DNA from: a virus
Direction: 5' to 3' (one strand)
Length of the DNA: 64,000 nucleotides
Virus record (IMG/VR): IMGVR_UViG_3300034170_000100
Coordinates: 1-64,000 of that record
A model generated the notes under the pieces. That model was given only the letters and a program-made list of their open reading frames with translations, had not been told where the DNA came from and did not search any database. Position numbers and translations under genes: made by a program. Shown here one piece after another: positions 26,509 through 39,500 of this stretch; within the stretch, counting starts at the first letter, position 1, and the number at the start of each line of letters is the position of its first letter.

Positions 26509-28797
26509 ATGGGGCTATTCAGCAGTAAGAAAAAATACACCGTGAACGTCACGGTGCAGCCCGTATTTCAAGATTCCCAGATCCCTACGAGTGCTCTTAA
26601 TGGCATCATTAAGGGAATCATGCAGGATACTGATCTTGTGCCTACTCTTATGGAGGAACTCACGAACAGTATGGGAATTCGGGCAATGACCGGCTTAGCT
26701 AACACACGCAGCCGTCCTTATGACGTAGGCATCCCAAAAGCCAAAGTAGATACCGTCATTCAAGCGAAAGAGCAGGTAATTGCAGCAATCCAAGCAAACA
26801 TCGGACTAGTAATCGACACCGAGTACTATTACATGGGTCCGCTGAACTCCGTGCACTACGGTTGGCAATATTGCTATGATGCCCTGGGTTACAATCCAAG
26901 CACCAACGAACTTGCTGGACTATCAGCAACTGTGGGCTTTCCATGCTATTTGGCTGACATTATCGCTACATACCTGAAAAGCGATTATGAATGGATGGTT
27001 GAAACCAATGATATGGGGATGCTAGCCCAACTCGGCCCTTCGCCACGTTCCGGCTATCGGCCCTCGGCGCCCTTCAATACTTTGTCGGGTATTGGGCAGT
27101 ATGCAGAACAACCTGCATATGAAGTGAGCGACGTGGCTACTGATGACTTCATCACCATTCAGTACGAATTTAAGAACGAAAACGGCACTATTGTGCAACG
27201 TGGGATGACCGTGTCGATGGCCGCATTTGACAACACAACGGACTTCCACATGTGCCGTTATCAGGACACAACGGGAAAAACTGGATTCTTTACTTACCAG
27301 CATGGTGCAGGCACCTACCCATCTATTGATTTGGCTTATGCTTTGGAAGATTCCACACTAGGCACGTACTTTCCGTGGGCTTATTTCCGCGTGGCGGGGG
27401 AAGACGTATACCAGGTGGAAACTGAACAGTCTATTAACCAAATGAAGGCATGGTGCGACACCTTGGGAGTTAGTTACGACAAGCTGTATGAAGGGGTACA
27501 AGAAGACCCTAATGTGGACGATGTTGCACAAAGCATTTTAATGATGGCTGTTTGGCCTGGGCGGCAGAATATTGCGTGCCAAGAATACCTGTTCAAACAC
27601 TTTTCAGCATTGCATGCTAATTCCATGTCTCAAGAGGCTCTTAGCTCCACCTTGCCCGGCCGTATGCAAAACTTCACGTCTTCCCCATCACAGATGCAAC
27701 GTATAGGGGACAACCGTTTCAATATGTCCTTGCAGTACAGCGGGATTACCAAACGCAGGCTCACGGGCAAGATAGGCAAGCGTGGCACCTACAGTTCTAA
27801 ATATGGGGAGATGTCGCAGAATCAACAGATCTTTATGACACAAACACCGGAAGGCGCAGGAGTCGGTACGACTGCTACCAGTCAGCCTGGTTGGGTGTAT
27901 CAATTCCAGGTAACTGACACCATCTTCGAAGAAGTTATTGTTTATGGTTTACGCTCTAACTATGAAGTGCATAGAAAGAAGGGATTTGCTGCGGGTAACA
28001 ACGAGCGTGAGCTTATTATCCCAGTAGACTCTGCAATTGCACAAACAATGTCAGTAGCTGCACGAGAACAGCTGTTTTGTCGTGCTTTGACTATGATGGT
28101 CAATACTGTGATCGTTACGAAGTCTCCATGGTATGCATCATCAGCGTTCCGCATTATCTTGATAGTTATTGCGATAGTAATCACTATCTTCTCTGCTGGT
28201 ACGGCGTGGCAGACAATTGTAGCTGCGGCGTCGATAAGTATTACTGCACTGGCTATTACGGTGCTTACCATGATTGTGCAAGCTGTTGTGGTGTCTGCTG
28301 CGGTTAAACTGTTTGTTCGTGCAGTAGGTCCGAAGTATGCGATTATTGCGGCAATTGTTGCTGTAATTTATGGCAACTCTGGCTATGCCACTTCACAGCT
28401 TTCGGCTACCTGGGCAGAAAGCATGATTCAAGTAGGCACTGCCTTAGTAAGCGAAGCTGCTACTGTGAGTCAGCAACAGATCGCCGCGGGCATCCAAAAC
28501 ATCGTGGACGATGCGCAGGCATTTTCTGTGTGGGCAGCGGAGCAACTGGATGGGCTTGGTGATAAGATGCAAGCCTTGGGCTTAAACCCGGCTATTGTCG
28601 GGCTGGAAGCCTTTGATGTGGTAAGAATGGGTCCGCGGCTTGTGTTGGGGGAATCCCCTTCTGATTACTACAATCGCACCATTCACGCAGGCAACATTGG
28701 TGTCTTGGGTATCGAGATGACGGAAACCTTCGTATCGGTACAGACTCAGCTACCAACCTTCAACCAAACGCAGGAGACTTTCAACTATGGCGAATAA
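26509..28797 (+). CDS. N4 gp53-like structural protein with C-terminal hydrophobic helices
   Basis: MGLFSSKKK start, TM-like C-terminal region, synteny. Confidence 0.78.
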   Translation: MGLFSSKKKYTVNVTVQPVFQDSQIPTSALNGIIKGIMQDTDLVPTLMEELTNSMGIRAMTGLANTRSRPYDVGIPKAKVDTVIQAKEQVIAAIQANIGLVIDTEYYYMGPLNSVHYGWQYCYDALGYNPSTNELAGLSATVGFPCYLADIIATYLKSDYEWMVETNDMGMLAQLGPSPRSGYRPSAPFNTLSGIGQYAEQPAYEVSDVATDDFITIQYEFKNENGTIVQRGMTVSMAAFDNTTDFHMCRYQDTTGKTGFFTYQHGAGTYPSIDLAYALEDSTLGTYFPWAYFRVAGEDVYQVETEQSINQMKAWCDTLGVSYDKLYEGVQEDPNVDDVAQSILMMAVWPGRQNIACQEYLFKHFSALHANSMSQEALSSTLPGRMQNFTSSPSQMQRIGDNRFNMSLQYSGITKRRLTGKIGKRGTYSSKYGEMSQNQQIFMTQTPEGAGVGTTATSQPGWVYQFQVTDTIFEEVIVYGLRSNYEVHRKKGFAAGNNERELIIPVDSAIAQTMSVAAREQLFCRALTMMVNTVIVTKSPWYASSAFRIILIVIAIVITIFSAGTAWQTIVAAASISITALAITVLTMIVQAVVVSAAVKLFVRAVGPKYAIIAAIVAVIYGNSGYATSQLSATWAESMIQVGTALVSEAATVSQQQIAAGIQNIVDDAQAFSVWAAEQLDGLGDKMQALGLNPAIVGLEAFDVVRMGPRLVLGESPSDYYNRTIHAGNIGVLGIEMTETFVSVQTQLPTFNQTQETFNYGE

Positions 28798-29233
28798 CAG
28801 CTTCATGCCCTTCGATTTCAGCAATCTTTTCGGGGGCTTGTTCGGCAACAATAACAACCAGCAAAATGCAGGCAGCTTCGGCTCCCAGGCAGGCAACTTC
28901 TTGGGTGGGCAATCTGGGTCTACTTCCCCTAGTTTGTTTAGCCGGCAGAGCCTGTTTGGCGGCACTGACGCCACTACCGGTATTTCCTCCGGTGGTTGGG
29001 CACCGGTGGCCCTGGGCGCAGGTCAGGCTATCTTTGGCGCCCTCCAGGGCAACAAAGCAACCAAGCTGGCAGAAAACCAGTTCAAGGAATCGGTTCGCCA
29101 GTTTGACTTGAACTTCAATGCACAACGCAAGTCGATGAACACTGAGTTGGAAGATCGTCAGCGTGCGCGTGTTGCATCCAATGCCGGGGCTTATGAGCCG
29201 GTATCCGACTACCTCAAGAAGAACTCGGTGTAA
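28787..29233 (+). CDS. N4 gp52-like ejection protein
   Basis: Gly-rich, Cys-free, NTELEDRQRARV motif. Confidence 0.8.
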   Translation: MANNSFMPFDFSNLFGGLFGNNNNQQNAGSFGSQAGNFLGGQSGSTSPSLFSRQSLFGGTDATTGISSGGWAPVALGAGQAIFGALQGNKATKLAENQFKESVRQFDLNFNAQRKSMNTELEDRQRARVASNAGAYEPVSDYLKKNSV

Positions 29234-29235
29234 TC

Positions 29236-30546
29236 ATGGCCGGACCAATCACTTGGCGGAACATTGGCGGGGGTGGTGGAGGCAACTCCACCGCTTTGCT
29301 TGCCCTCGGCAATCAGCAGGTTCAGCAGAGCTTCAACGCTTTGCAGGACATTTTTAAAAACGAAACGCAGCTGCAAGCTAAAAACCAGCAAGCGTTGACA
29401 GCCAACAATACCGCTCAATATCTGGATGCGGTCAATGCGGCGGACCTCAATGGACTACAAGATCCTGCACAACGCTCGAACCTCGAAGCTCTCCGATCAG
29501 GCTTCGGTGCCGCAATTGATCGCAATGCAACTCGCAATGCAATCGACAACCGAATCGCCGGCATTCAAAAGCAGACCCTGGTCGGAAACCAGTTCCAGGA
29601 TCAAGCGACGGAACGAGAACAACGGGGGCTACTCGACAAAGGTCTAGAGCTGGCCACGTCCGGGGATATGCAGGGCGTGCAGAAATTGCTGTCCGATACC
29701 CAGTTCTTGAACGAAGGCAAAGTCACCAGCGACCTCATGGGAGTGCTGGATGCTCGCACCCGACGTACTTATGCTGCTGAGGACCAACAGCGTCAGGATC
29801 GCGCTGAAGGCCGTCAGATCGCACAATTCCAGGAGAGCATGGCGGCTGCGGCAGAGAACCGTATCATGCGCAAGGAAGATCGTGCTGATCGTGCGGACGC
29901 TCGCGCGTTCACCCAGGGTGCTCGGGTTCTTGACGATGCGTCGAACCAGGCCAAGGAAATCCTGAATTCCCGCCTGGCGGGTAACGAATGGGCAAACGTA
30001 TCGACTGATCCTGCTAAAGATACCCAGGTGCTGTTGAAAACTGCCGGGGGTCTGGATAAGTTCACCTCCTTCCTCAACACTGATGGCACCGATTACAAGC
30101 AGATTCAAACTGGTGTCACAGACCTGCTGTCGAAGGGTATCGAGGTAGAAGGCGAGATCTACAAGGTGCCTCCGGCTATCTTGCAGCAGGTGCTGAACTC
30201 CAAGGCCGCCAATTGGAACATCACTGACAACCCGATGGATGCTATCCGTAACGAAATTAAAAATAGCCTATCGGGTAATGAAGGTGCGGGTAACCGTGCA
30301 AAAGTGCGTGAAGCCGCCGATATTCGGGCCTCTGCGAGCAATTTCATGCAAACAGTTAAACGGGCGAAAACACAATTGGGGTCTAGCTCTTCCCTTGATA
30401 CTTCTGGTATCGTTAGCGCTCTCGCTGAGTTGGCAGGCAAAAAACCGGTCACTTCTTCGAAGTCATCCCAAAACCTCCTGCCAAGTGCAGCTGAGGATTT
30501 ACCAGAATCCTGGCCCCCTAAAGGACAGGAAATGAACTTCCAGTAG
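29236..30546 (+). CDS. N4 gp51-like ejection protein
   Basis: PITWRNI start, Cys-free, directly upstream of vRNAP. Confidence 0.78.
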   Translation: MAGPITWRNIGGGGGGNSTALLALGNQQVQQSFNALQDIFKNETQLQAKNQQALTANNTAQYLDAVNAADLNGLQDPAQRSNLEALRSGFGAAIDRNATRNAIDNRIAGIQKQTLVGNQFQDQATEREQRGLLDKGLELATSGDMQGVQKLLSDTQFLNEGKVTSDLMGVLDARTRRTYAAEDQQRQDRAEGRQIAQFQESMAAAAENRIMRKEDRADRADARAFTQGARVLDDASNQAKEILNSRLAGNEWANVSTDPAKDTQVLLKTAGGLDKFTSFLNTDGTDYKQIQTGVTDLLSKGIEVEGEIYKVPPAILQQVLNSKAANWNITDNPMDAIRNEIKNSLSGNEGAGNRAKVREAADIRASASNFMQTVKRAKTQLGSSSSLDTSGIVSALAELAGKKPVTSSKSSQNLLPSAAEDLPESWPPKGQEMNFQ

Positions 30547-30558
30547 GAGCAATGACAT

Positions 30559-33500
30559 ATGGCAAACGGCGATAACAACTTCGGTTTTGACGAATTGTTC
30601 CCTGCCGGCCTGCCTGCTGCAAAAGAAGGGGCGTTCAAGCCCCTTTTTGACCTTTCAGCGAAAGCTGAGTCGGTTGCGGCAGCTTCTGAAGAAAAGAAGC
30701 AGACTCTTATCGGGAAAATGGGTTATGACGCCGAAGATACCGTGGGCACCATCGCTAACTATGGTGCTCGCTTTGCGTCCGGTCTAAGTCGCCAGGTTCT
30801 TGGCAACTTGGCTACCCTGCCTCTCGATGTGATTTCTGGCCTGGCCCAAGGGTCCGTTCCTGAAGAACAAGTGCAAGCGTTCAACCGCATGCAAACCAAT
30901 CAAGCAAGTGACGCGGATATGGCTCTGTTGAACCAGACTGCACCACTTGATGACGGTATCCCGCAGACTTACCTTGAGCGCCTGCAAGGCACCCAGGGCA
31001 TTCAAAAAGTTGCGCAGAATGTCGGTGATTTCTTCGACATCTCTAGCATTGTGGACACCACCCGCTCCGAGCGACTGAGCCGCGATATTCGTGAAGCTGC
31101 TGGCGATGGTACTGCGCAGCTGCGCGGCGCCAAAGAAGCCTTCAACGAAGGCCAGTACCTGGAAGCTGCTGGTGAAGGTATCAAGGGTCTCGGCAATACT
31201 GTTGGCCCTGCTTTGCTTGCTGGTTTGCAGTCTCCTGTCGCTGCCGGTGAATACGTCGCAGAGAACATCCCTCAGATCGTTGCTGCTGCTTACAACCCAT
31301 CCATTCTGGTTGGTACCAACGCCGGCTACGGTTATGACACGTACCGTGAAGGTATCCGTGACTACGCCAAGAAGAACGATGGTCAACTTCCAAATGCCGA
31401 CGAGCGTGCGACCATGGGTCTGTTCGCTGCATCGGCTGCTGGTGCTGAAGTAGTTGGCGATGTTGGGCTGCTCAAAGGTATCCGCGCTGCGGGCACCGGC
31501 TCTGGCAACAAGGCAATGAGCGCTGCTATGGGCATTGGTGGGGCCGCTGCACGCGAAGGCGTGACTGAGGGCTACCAGACCTATGCTGAGAACCGTGCTC
31601 AACTGAAAGACACCACGTTGGAAGATATCGTCGAAGGAGCCACCATTGGTGCGCTGGTTGGCGGTAACTTTCAACTGGCTGCTGAAATTGGTGGGGGACC
31701 GAAAGGTGATGCTGCACCTGCCAGGAAAAACGCTGTAGAAAACGCATTTACTTCCGCTGTGGAATCCGGTGATGTTTCATCCCTGACCGACAGCACTTCT
31801 CCTGCATATAGCCCGGTGCGCGCTGTTGAAGCCCTGCATCAGATGAATCTGCAAGATGGTGCCAAGGCCGAGGAAAACCTCGCTCAAGTCGACCGTATTC
31901 AGCAAGACGTGACAGCAGACCTGTCTTCGATCCAAGCCCGTATGGAATCCACTACGCCTGAGCGTGTGGCCCAGATCGGTGCGCTTGTTCAACAAATGGA
32001 AGTCGCAGGTTCCGACCAAGCCGACATTGCTGAAATGCGCCAGATCCACGAAGCTGTATCGTCGTACACGCCTGCCCAACGTAAGGCTGATGAAACTCGT
32101 GCTGCTCAACTGGAAAGCCAGCTGAGTGAGATTCACACTGCTGCCGAGCGCATGCGCGTAGACGCCAGCCCTGAGCAGGCTGATGTTCAAGCGCTTGCAA
32201 CCGATGCACAGACAGGTGATCAACAAGCGGTTGACCGTTTGCTGACCCTGACCATGACCAATCCTGAAGCCGTCGACACCTCGGTCGCTGAGTCTCTTGC
32301 ACAGAGCGAAGCCTTGACCGAGCCGCAACGTAACGCTATGCGCCTCTTCACAGAAGCACAGGTGGCCGCTAATGCCTTGAAGGGCATGCGTGGTGTTAGT
32401 TCGGAAATTGCCACTGGTGGCGATGGTTTCAAGGGTATCTCGCAATATCGCAATGCAATCCGTATGGCCCTGGCCAATGGCAATGAAAGCGCCGCCCGCT
32501 CGCAAGTCGATGGCGTTCGTGCTTTTGCTGCTAGTCGTGTATCGAAACTGGAAGCTATCACCGCTGCTTATGAGCAAGTGAAGGGCACAGACAACTCGAT
32601 CAACATCGTGCGGAATGAGCAAGGCGAATGGGGTCCGACTTCCTTGAAGGGCACAGCTCTCAAGAAAGCCAAAGGTCTGGTAGTTGATGCCCGTTCCTTC
32701 AACCTACGCGACGGTGTAGCTACTGAAGCGGACGTGTTAGCAAAAACTGCTGATGCATTCGAAGCTATGGTAAATGCTGCTCCATCTCCTGTATCGCAAC
32801 CGGTTGTGCAACCGACTGCGGATCAGGGTGAAGTTGCCGCTGCAACCCCTAAAGCTGATGCAAACGCCCCAGTTGACGCAGCACCGGTAGCTCCGGTCGC
32901 TGAACAGACTGCTGCGCCTGCACCTGCTGAAGAAGTTGTGGCAAAGCCGGAAGATGCCCCGAGCGTGACCGAGAAGGCTCCTGCAAATGCAGGCCAGCTC
33001 ACCACAATCGGCGAGCGAACCGGTGAAGCGGTAACCGCGGACAACTACCGTTCTGTCAATCTGGTTTCCGAGCTGTTCGACCAAAAGGTCGGCTCTGACA
33101 CCGATGCAAGCGTTCGCCCGCTGGTAGCTGTCAAAGACTTCGCTTCGGCCATTAAAGCCGGTGAAGTAACCGTGCAAGACTTCCTTACCCAGGAAGGTCC
33201 ACTGCCGGCCCCACAAGTCACGGCACTCAATGCATTTTTCAACTTTGCTCAATATTCTGAGCAGGCAATCCGCAACCAGTTCAAGGTCACTGCTACTCGT
33301 GCCAAACGCCCGGACTTCTTCTATCGGGACATGGCGCAGTTCATGCAGAACGCGGACGGCCAAATTGACGAGAACTTGGCGACTGCCGTGTCTTACGGCA
33401 TGTTCTCGTGGGCAAACGAAAACGCAACTCAACTGCGTAACAGTCCTGAGTCGATCAACACTATTCTGATGCGCGACCTGGACGATGAAGTCTCCAATGC

Positions 33501-36500
33501 TGCGTATGCGGCGCTATCGGCTATCGGTACACGAGAGTCGGTCGTCGCTTCGCAGCTTGGTGGCCGCATCCTGCAAGCCCTGGGCCTCCAGGTAAATCAG
33601 AACGGTACTCGTGCTGAGCTGAGTAAACTGGAATCGTCCGTAGGCGAGCGAGCCATTGCTGCCATGGTCAAGTTGGGTTTGGTAGAACGTACCCAACTCG
33701 CGGACCAAAAACTGCAAGTGCTGATGGGCAAAACTGAATTTGATCCTAAACTGACCCACAACTTCGTTGTTGTGAAGTCGGTGACCGATGCTGAAGGCAA
33801 ACTGCAACCGGCACCGGTTGTGAAGCGCATTCGTGAGCGTTCGGTGGGTTCCCAGTCGGTTGTGTCCAAACTGTTTGCAGTAGAGGCTGCTGGTGTAGAG
33901 CCGAGCTACAAGCCGATCCCCTTCACCCAAGAATTCGCTAAACGTACTAGGCAAGCTGTGCCTAAGACCCTGGCCAAGATTTTGGACAAGGAAGGTGCAA
34001 AAGCTCACGTTGTTCGCCAGAACATGTGGCACGTTTGGGGCAAACTGAGCAAGCAGGCTCTCTATGAAATGGGCGGCGTGGTCTCGACCACCGATGCACC
34101 AACTCACGTTGAGAACCTGGCTTCACGCCAGGCGAAGAATGATGGCCTGATCCAACAAGTGGACAACTTCGACGCATTCGTTAACGCGATGACCGCCGAT
34201 AGCTCGACTGAGGGTCTGGACCAATCGTTGTACTTCGGCCGCTCCGTTTGGAAACCTCAACGTGTTGGTTTGACTGCAAACGTGATCAACCCGCAGACTT
34301 CGAAGATCCACCGTCACATGCTGGCCATGTCCGGTTGGAATGCTACCGTCAACCTCGACAACAAAGCCGAGATGGACAACTTCAAGCTCCGTGTGTTGGA
34401 AGCGTTCGGCAAGAAGACCGAAGCAACCACTACCGCCAAAGTGTTGGCCGGCTACGATGCTGTCGTGTCCAACCCTGCAATTCAGGCTGGTATCGACGCG
34501 CTGGCTGAAGTCCTGCGCGACAATGGCACCGTGAATGAAGCCGCTATCGTCGACGCTGTAAAAGCGGCCGGCGAGAAGTTCCATTCCTTCGATGCGCTGG
34601 TTGCCTTGGCTGAGCAACGTATTGCCGAGCAAGATGGCAAGCCTGCGTTCGAAACCGCGATGATGGGTGAAGTGGACGGTGTAACCAACGGCCCTATGCT
34701 GTCCCTGCTGATGCTGGGTGCCAAAGGCTTTGAAACTATGAACCAAGGTGGTTTCTTTGAGCTGGGTAGCCAGTTCACACAGTTCAACGACTACAAGGCC
34801 CAGGGCAACCTCGACCTGTACGAGTCGAACATCGCTCAGGCACTGAACCGCCTGCAAGGTCGCCAGCAAGGTCAGCTCGACGCTATGTCGGTCATCACTG
34901 GCCAACTGCAAACTGCCGAAGGCAACGTGACCTCTAAAGGCCGTAACATTATCAAGAAGCCGCTGACCGCCCTGATGTTCGGGTCCAACCCGACTACCGC
35001 GGTACAAGGCATGGCCGACGGCTTCATTGAAGCGATCTACAGCCGTATCGAAGATGCAGCTGCTGCCCGTGACAATGATGCAATCGCCCCCTTGTTTGGT
35101 GCTGTGAATACCCTGACTCGCTCGCCGAAGTTCGCTTTGGATGTGAAGATGGGCTATGAGCGTGCCCTGGAAACCAAGTTGACTACTCAACAGCAAGACG
35201 CGCTGAAACGCTCGTTCTATGAGTTGCTGGGTGAGCCGACTGAGAAAGCTCTGGCCGACAACTACGCTACCTTCATCGCTCGCCGGAACGTGATCAACCA
35301 GACAGCACAACTGTCGTTTGACCTGTTCAACGCTGTGCGTGATGGCGTGACTGAGTTCGTTGAGTCGACCAGCCAGGATGTGCCACGTAACAATGCTGGC
35401 GCCGCCATTCGCACGCTGACTAAAGAGCAACAGGCACAAGTAGATGCACTGATGGGCGACATGGCCCCGATCCTGCAAACTGCTATGTCTCAGGCATCGA
35501 AGCAACGTGAAGCTGGTATGTACATGGCCAAGTCGAAGCGTTCGCTCGATTCGTCTGCTGCCTACGAGCAAGAAGTCGCTTTCGGTGAAATGGTTAACAC
35601 CATTGCCCCGGACGGCTCCATGCAGGGTATCGGCTCGACTCGCCTGTCGTCTTCGCGCACTCAGGACATCGACCCAGGTGTAATGCCTTTCATTACCTCC
35701 ATTCACTCCAGCGACTCGGCTATTGCCTCGACTGTGTACGGAATGATGGAAGCACTGAACGTTCACGACGCCTTGGGCGTAGACCTGAACAATGTGGCCA
35801 AGGTTGGCCAGGAGCTGAACAAAGCGACGTTCAACACCATGCTGGAATACTCGTCCGCGACCGCAATGAGCAACATGCTCGATGAAGTCCTGGCCGGTGT
35901 ATCCAAAGTGATGCAGAACCCTGAGCTGGCTGCACGCATTCAGCCTAAGCTGCGCGAGAAGATGGTTGCCCGGGCTGAGAAGAAGCGTGGCTCTATTGCT
36001 GAGCAACTGACCGCTATTCGTGAGACTGCGACCCAGGCGGACACCGATAAGCTGAATATGCTGAGCAACATGCAGGCAATCGGCCAATACGCTACCGACG
36101 GCGGTTCTTACATCGTGACCGACGCTGACCGTGCAAAAGCACAGGCCAAGTTGGACGAAGTGGGTTCCACCTTCAATGCTGCGGCTGAATCTGTGGCTGA
36201 GCAACTGGACGCCGAAGCAAGCATCGTCTCAGCTGTGTATGTTGCAGGCAAGCAAGCTGAGCTGTCCAACACGTCGGTAACGACTCTGGCGCCGGCCACT
36301 TCTCTCAATACTCTGGCTTCGCTTGAGCAGACCCCGGCTGTTGTGCAGGTAATTGATTCCATGGTTTCGGGTAACCGAACTCTGGCCGATGCCCTGCAAG
36401 TTCTGCCTGAGCATCAAGCTGCCGAAGTAGTTGAAGCGGTAAATGGTGCAAGTGAAGCGAAATTGTCTGTATGGGGCCGCTTGGGCACCCCTGTCGTACA

Positions 36501-39500
36501 GTCCGACGTGAACTTGGTGCAACTGCTGGACACCACGGGCATGACTGCTCACAACCTCGTTGATTCGCTGGTTGAGTACGTACAGAACCCGTTCCAGAAG
36601 ACTGTGCTCAAGATGGCCAAGAAAGGCATCTCTGCTCGTATGCCGGTGACCTACATCACTGCCGAGACCGGACCAGAAGGCGCATTTGGTGAAGGCGTAG
36701 ACAAATCCCGCGGTTGGTACGCACAGCGTAACGACCAAGCCGGGTTGTTCATTAAATCCCCGGACTTCGTTGAATCGGGTATCACCCCTGAGCTGCTGAC
36801 CCATGAACTGGTGCATGCTGCTCTGGCAAACCTGATCGACGCAAACCAAGGTAAGAACACCCTGGCCGGCCGCGCTGTAGCGGATCTGGAAGTGCTGCGT
36901 ACCCAAGCTGAAGACTTCCTCGCCAACAATGGCGCCCTGTCTGCTAAGTACCGCAACGCCACGTCGAACGTGCATGAGCTGGTCTCCTGGGGCCTGTCCA
37001 ACCAAGACTTCCAACGTGAAGTGCTGGGCCAGGTATCGGTGCCACAGAAAGACCGATCGATCCTCGACGGCCTGAAGGGTTTCATCAAGTCGCTGACTGA
37101 AATGCTGTTTGGTGCCAACACTCCGTCGGCAAACAACGGTATGGCCAACTTGATCGCCAACTCTGCTGTTCTGTTCCGTGAAGCGGCCCAGGCGCAAGAG
37201 AAGCGTGCGACTGCAACCCACAAGTACGAAGACGCCATCGACCACATCAACGCTATGACTGCTGAGCAGGTGTTTGACGCTCTGGCTACCGTAGGCAACC
37301 ACAAGACTGATGTGGTCCATGCTGAGTACCTGCGTGACCTGTTGGCGCAGACTGTTAACCCGGTCTACGGCCCATACGGCGCATTCAAAGAGGCAGCATC
37401 GGCAAACCGTGCGCTGACCCCGCTGGATGTGTTCCTGAAAGCGGTGAGCACCGGCCAAACTCCGTTCAGCTCCCAGGCAACAGCCGGCCAGTTCATCCTG
37501 TCCCAGCAAGAAGCATTTGTGCTGGAATCGGTAGAAGCGACCATTTCCCACGCCATGGAAACGAAAGAAACTCTGTTCGTTCGCCAGGGTCTGGAAAACC
37601 TGTTCAAGGAGGCACGTTCGAAGCTGAACCCGGACGGGCGCAACTTGCACGCTGGCGATTGGGCAACCGCAAGCCAGAATGAGAAGGATGTCGCTAAAGC
37701 GAAGTGGGACTTCCTGTTCCGCCCACAAGTGAGCGCAACTGGTCGCAACAATTACTTGGCACGCTTTGCTGCCCTGGGCCTGGCCTCGGCCGAAGTCCGT
37801 AATGCACTTGGTTTCTCGACCAACAACTTCGAGACCCCGTTGAAGGGTCTGCCGATCACCAGCAAGCTGACTGAGTTGTTCCGTCGGGCAATGACAGTCT
37901 TTGCCCGCCTGGCAACCAAAGTCATCCCTGGCACCTCGGGCAACGTCGCACTGAGCACTCTGGTAGAGCAACTGGTGGACATCGAGGCCAAGCGTAAAGC
38001 ACGCATGGACCAGGAGAAGGTGAACCACTTTGACCAGCTCGAAACTGCGCTGGCCGGTGTGGGTGACTCCATCCTGGAAAAAGCTGATGCACTAGGCCGC
38101 GCCGGGTTCATTCGCAAGTCGAAGATCCCGTTTGTCGCCGGTCTCGGCGCTGTGGTATCCACCGCTGCCGGTAACCGCCTGGATGCGGTACTGAATGCCA
38201 TCACAATGATGCGCGATCAGTCTCAAAAGAGCCGGCACGGTGTGGTGATGGGCATGCTGACCGAATGGCGCGGTGTGTACGATTCTCGCCGTTTGGCTGC
38301 TGAATTGTTCAAAGGTGCCAAGGCCAACGAGCAACAGCGCAAATCGGTTATCGAGACCACTGCTGCATCGGTAAACGAAGCATTTGCAAACCAGGGCCAA
38401 GATTTGACCCAGGTGCAACGTGATGCGCTGACTCGTGTGTTTCTGCGGACCAATGCCCAGGCAATCGCCGCTGCTCGTGGTGTCGACGGACTGCGCGACC
38501 TCATGGAAGACCCTGCTGCAATGGCGGCATACCGTTCAGACTTGGAAGCACAGGTAACTGCGCTGACTCCGAACTATCTGTACATGATCAGCCAGGCCAA
38601 AGACTTGGCGCACCACAAGGTGGTGGGCGGCTCGACTTCGGCCAACCTGATGCTGTCGACCGGCAACATTGCGGCCATGTTCGGCACCAAGAAGAAAGTT
38701 GCTGCCAATGCCGCGGTTATCACGCTGCTTGAGCAACTAGTGGGCGTATACGGCCTGGACTACAGCGGTGATGTCGATCTGCGCAATGCTCGTGAAGTTC
38801 TGCGCACTGAGATGAATCGTACCGACGGCAACGGCGTGGACTACATGCTGAAGCTGCACACTGGTCTCCAGGCCAAAGCAACTGCTGACCTGTTCAAAGG
38901 CACCGAAGCGCTGCAACAGACCGGCTATGTGGCGGAGATCCACGACAACAAGATCGAAGTCTTGCTGGTAGCCAAGAGCGACGTAGCTGCACACGAGCGC
39001 GCCGGCTACATCGTGGGCACTGCCCTGCAAATGGACCCGAATGTGAAAGGTCTGAAAACCACAGGCCGTGTACTGATGACTCGCCGTAGCGCCGGTCAAA
39101 CTGCGCTGCTTACTGGTGCCATGTCTTTCACCGGCAACAATGCCAAGGGTTCTAGCCCGGTCACCGAAGCTGTCAACATGATGGCCGGCAACCAGACCTC
39201 TGCCGCTGTACGTCAGCAGATTGCACAGCAGAAGGCCCAGGCAGTGGCTGATTTGTTCCACCGCCCATTGTCTTACGACCCACGCAAGGCACAAGCTGGG
39301 CACATGGTCCCCACCCTGGCGCCTGACGGCCGAATAGCTGACTACCGTCACATGATGACCGAACAAAACCGCGATGTCCTTTTGGACCGCGATAATTCGA
39401 TGGATCAAGTGCTGGGAGTCATGGCTGGTCAAATTGCTGACAAAGTGTCCACTGTTCAACAGAACACTGACGTTGTTCGCTCGATGTATGATCAATACCG

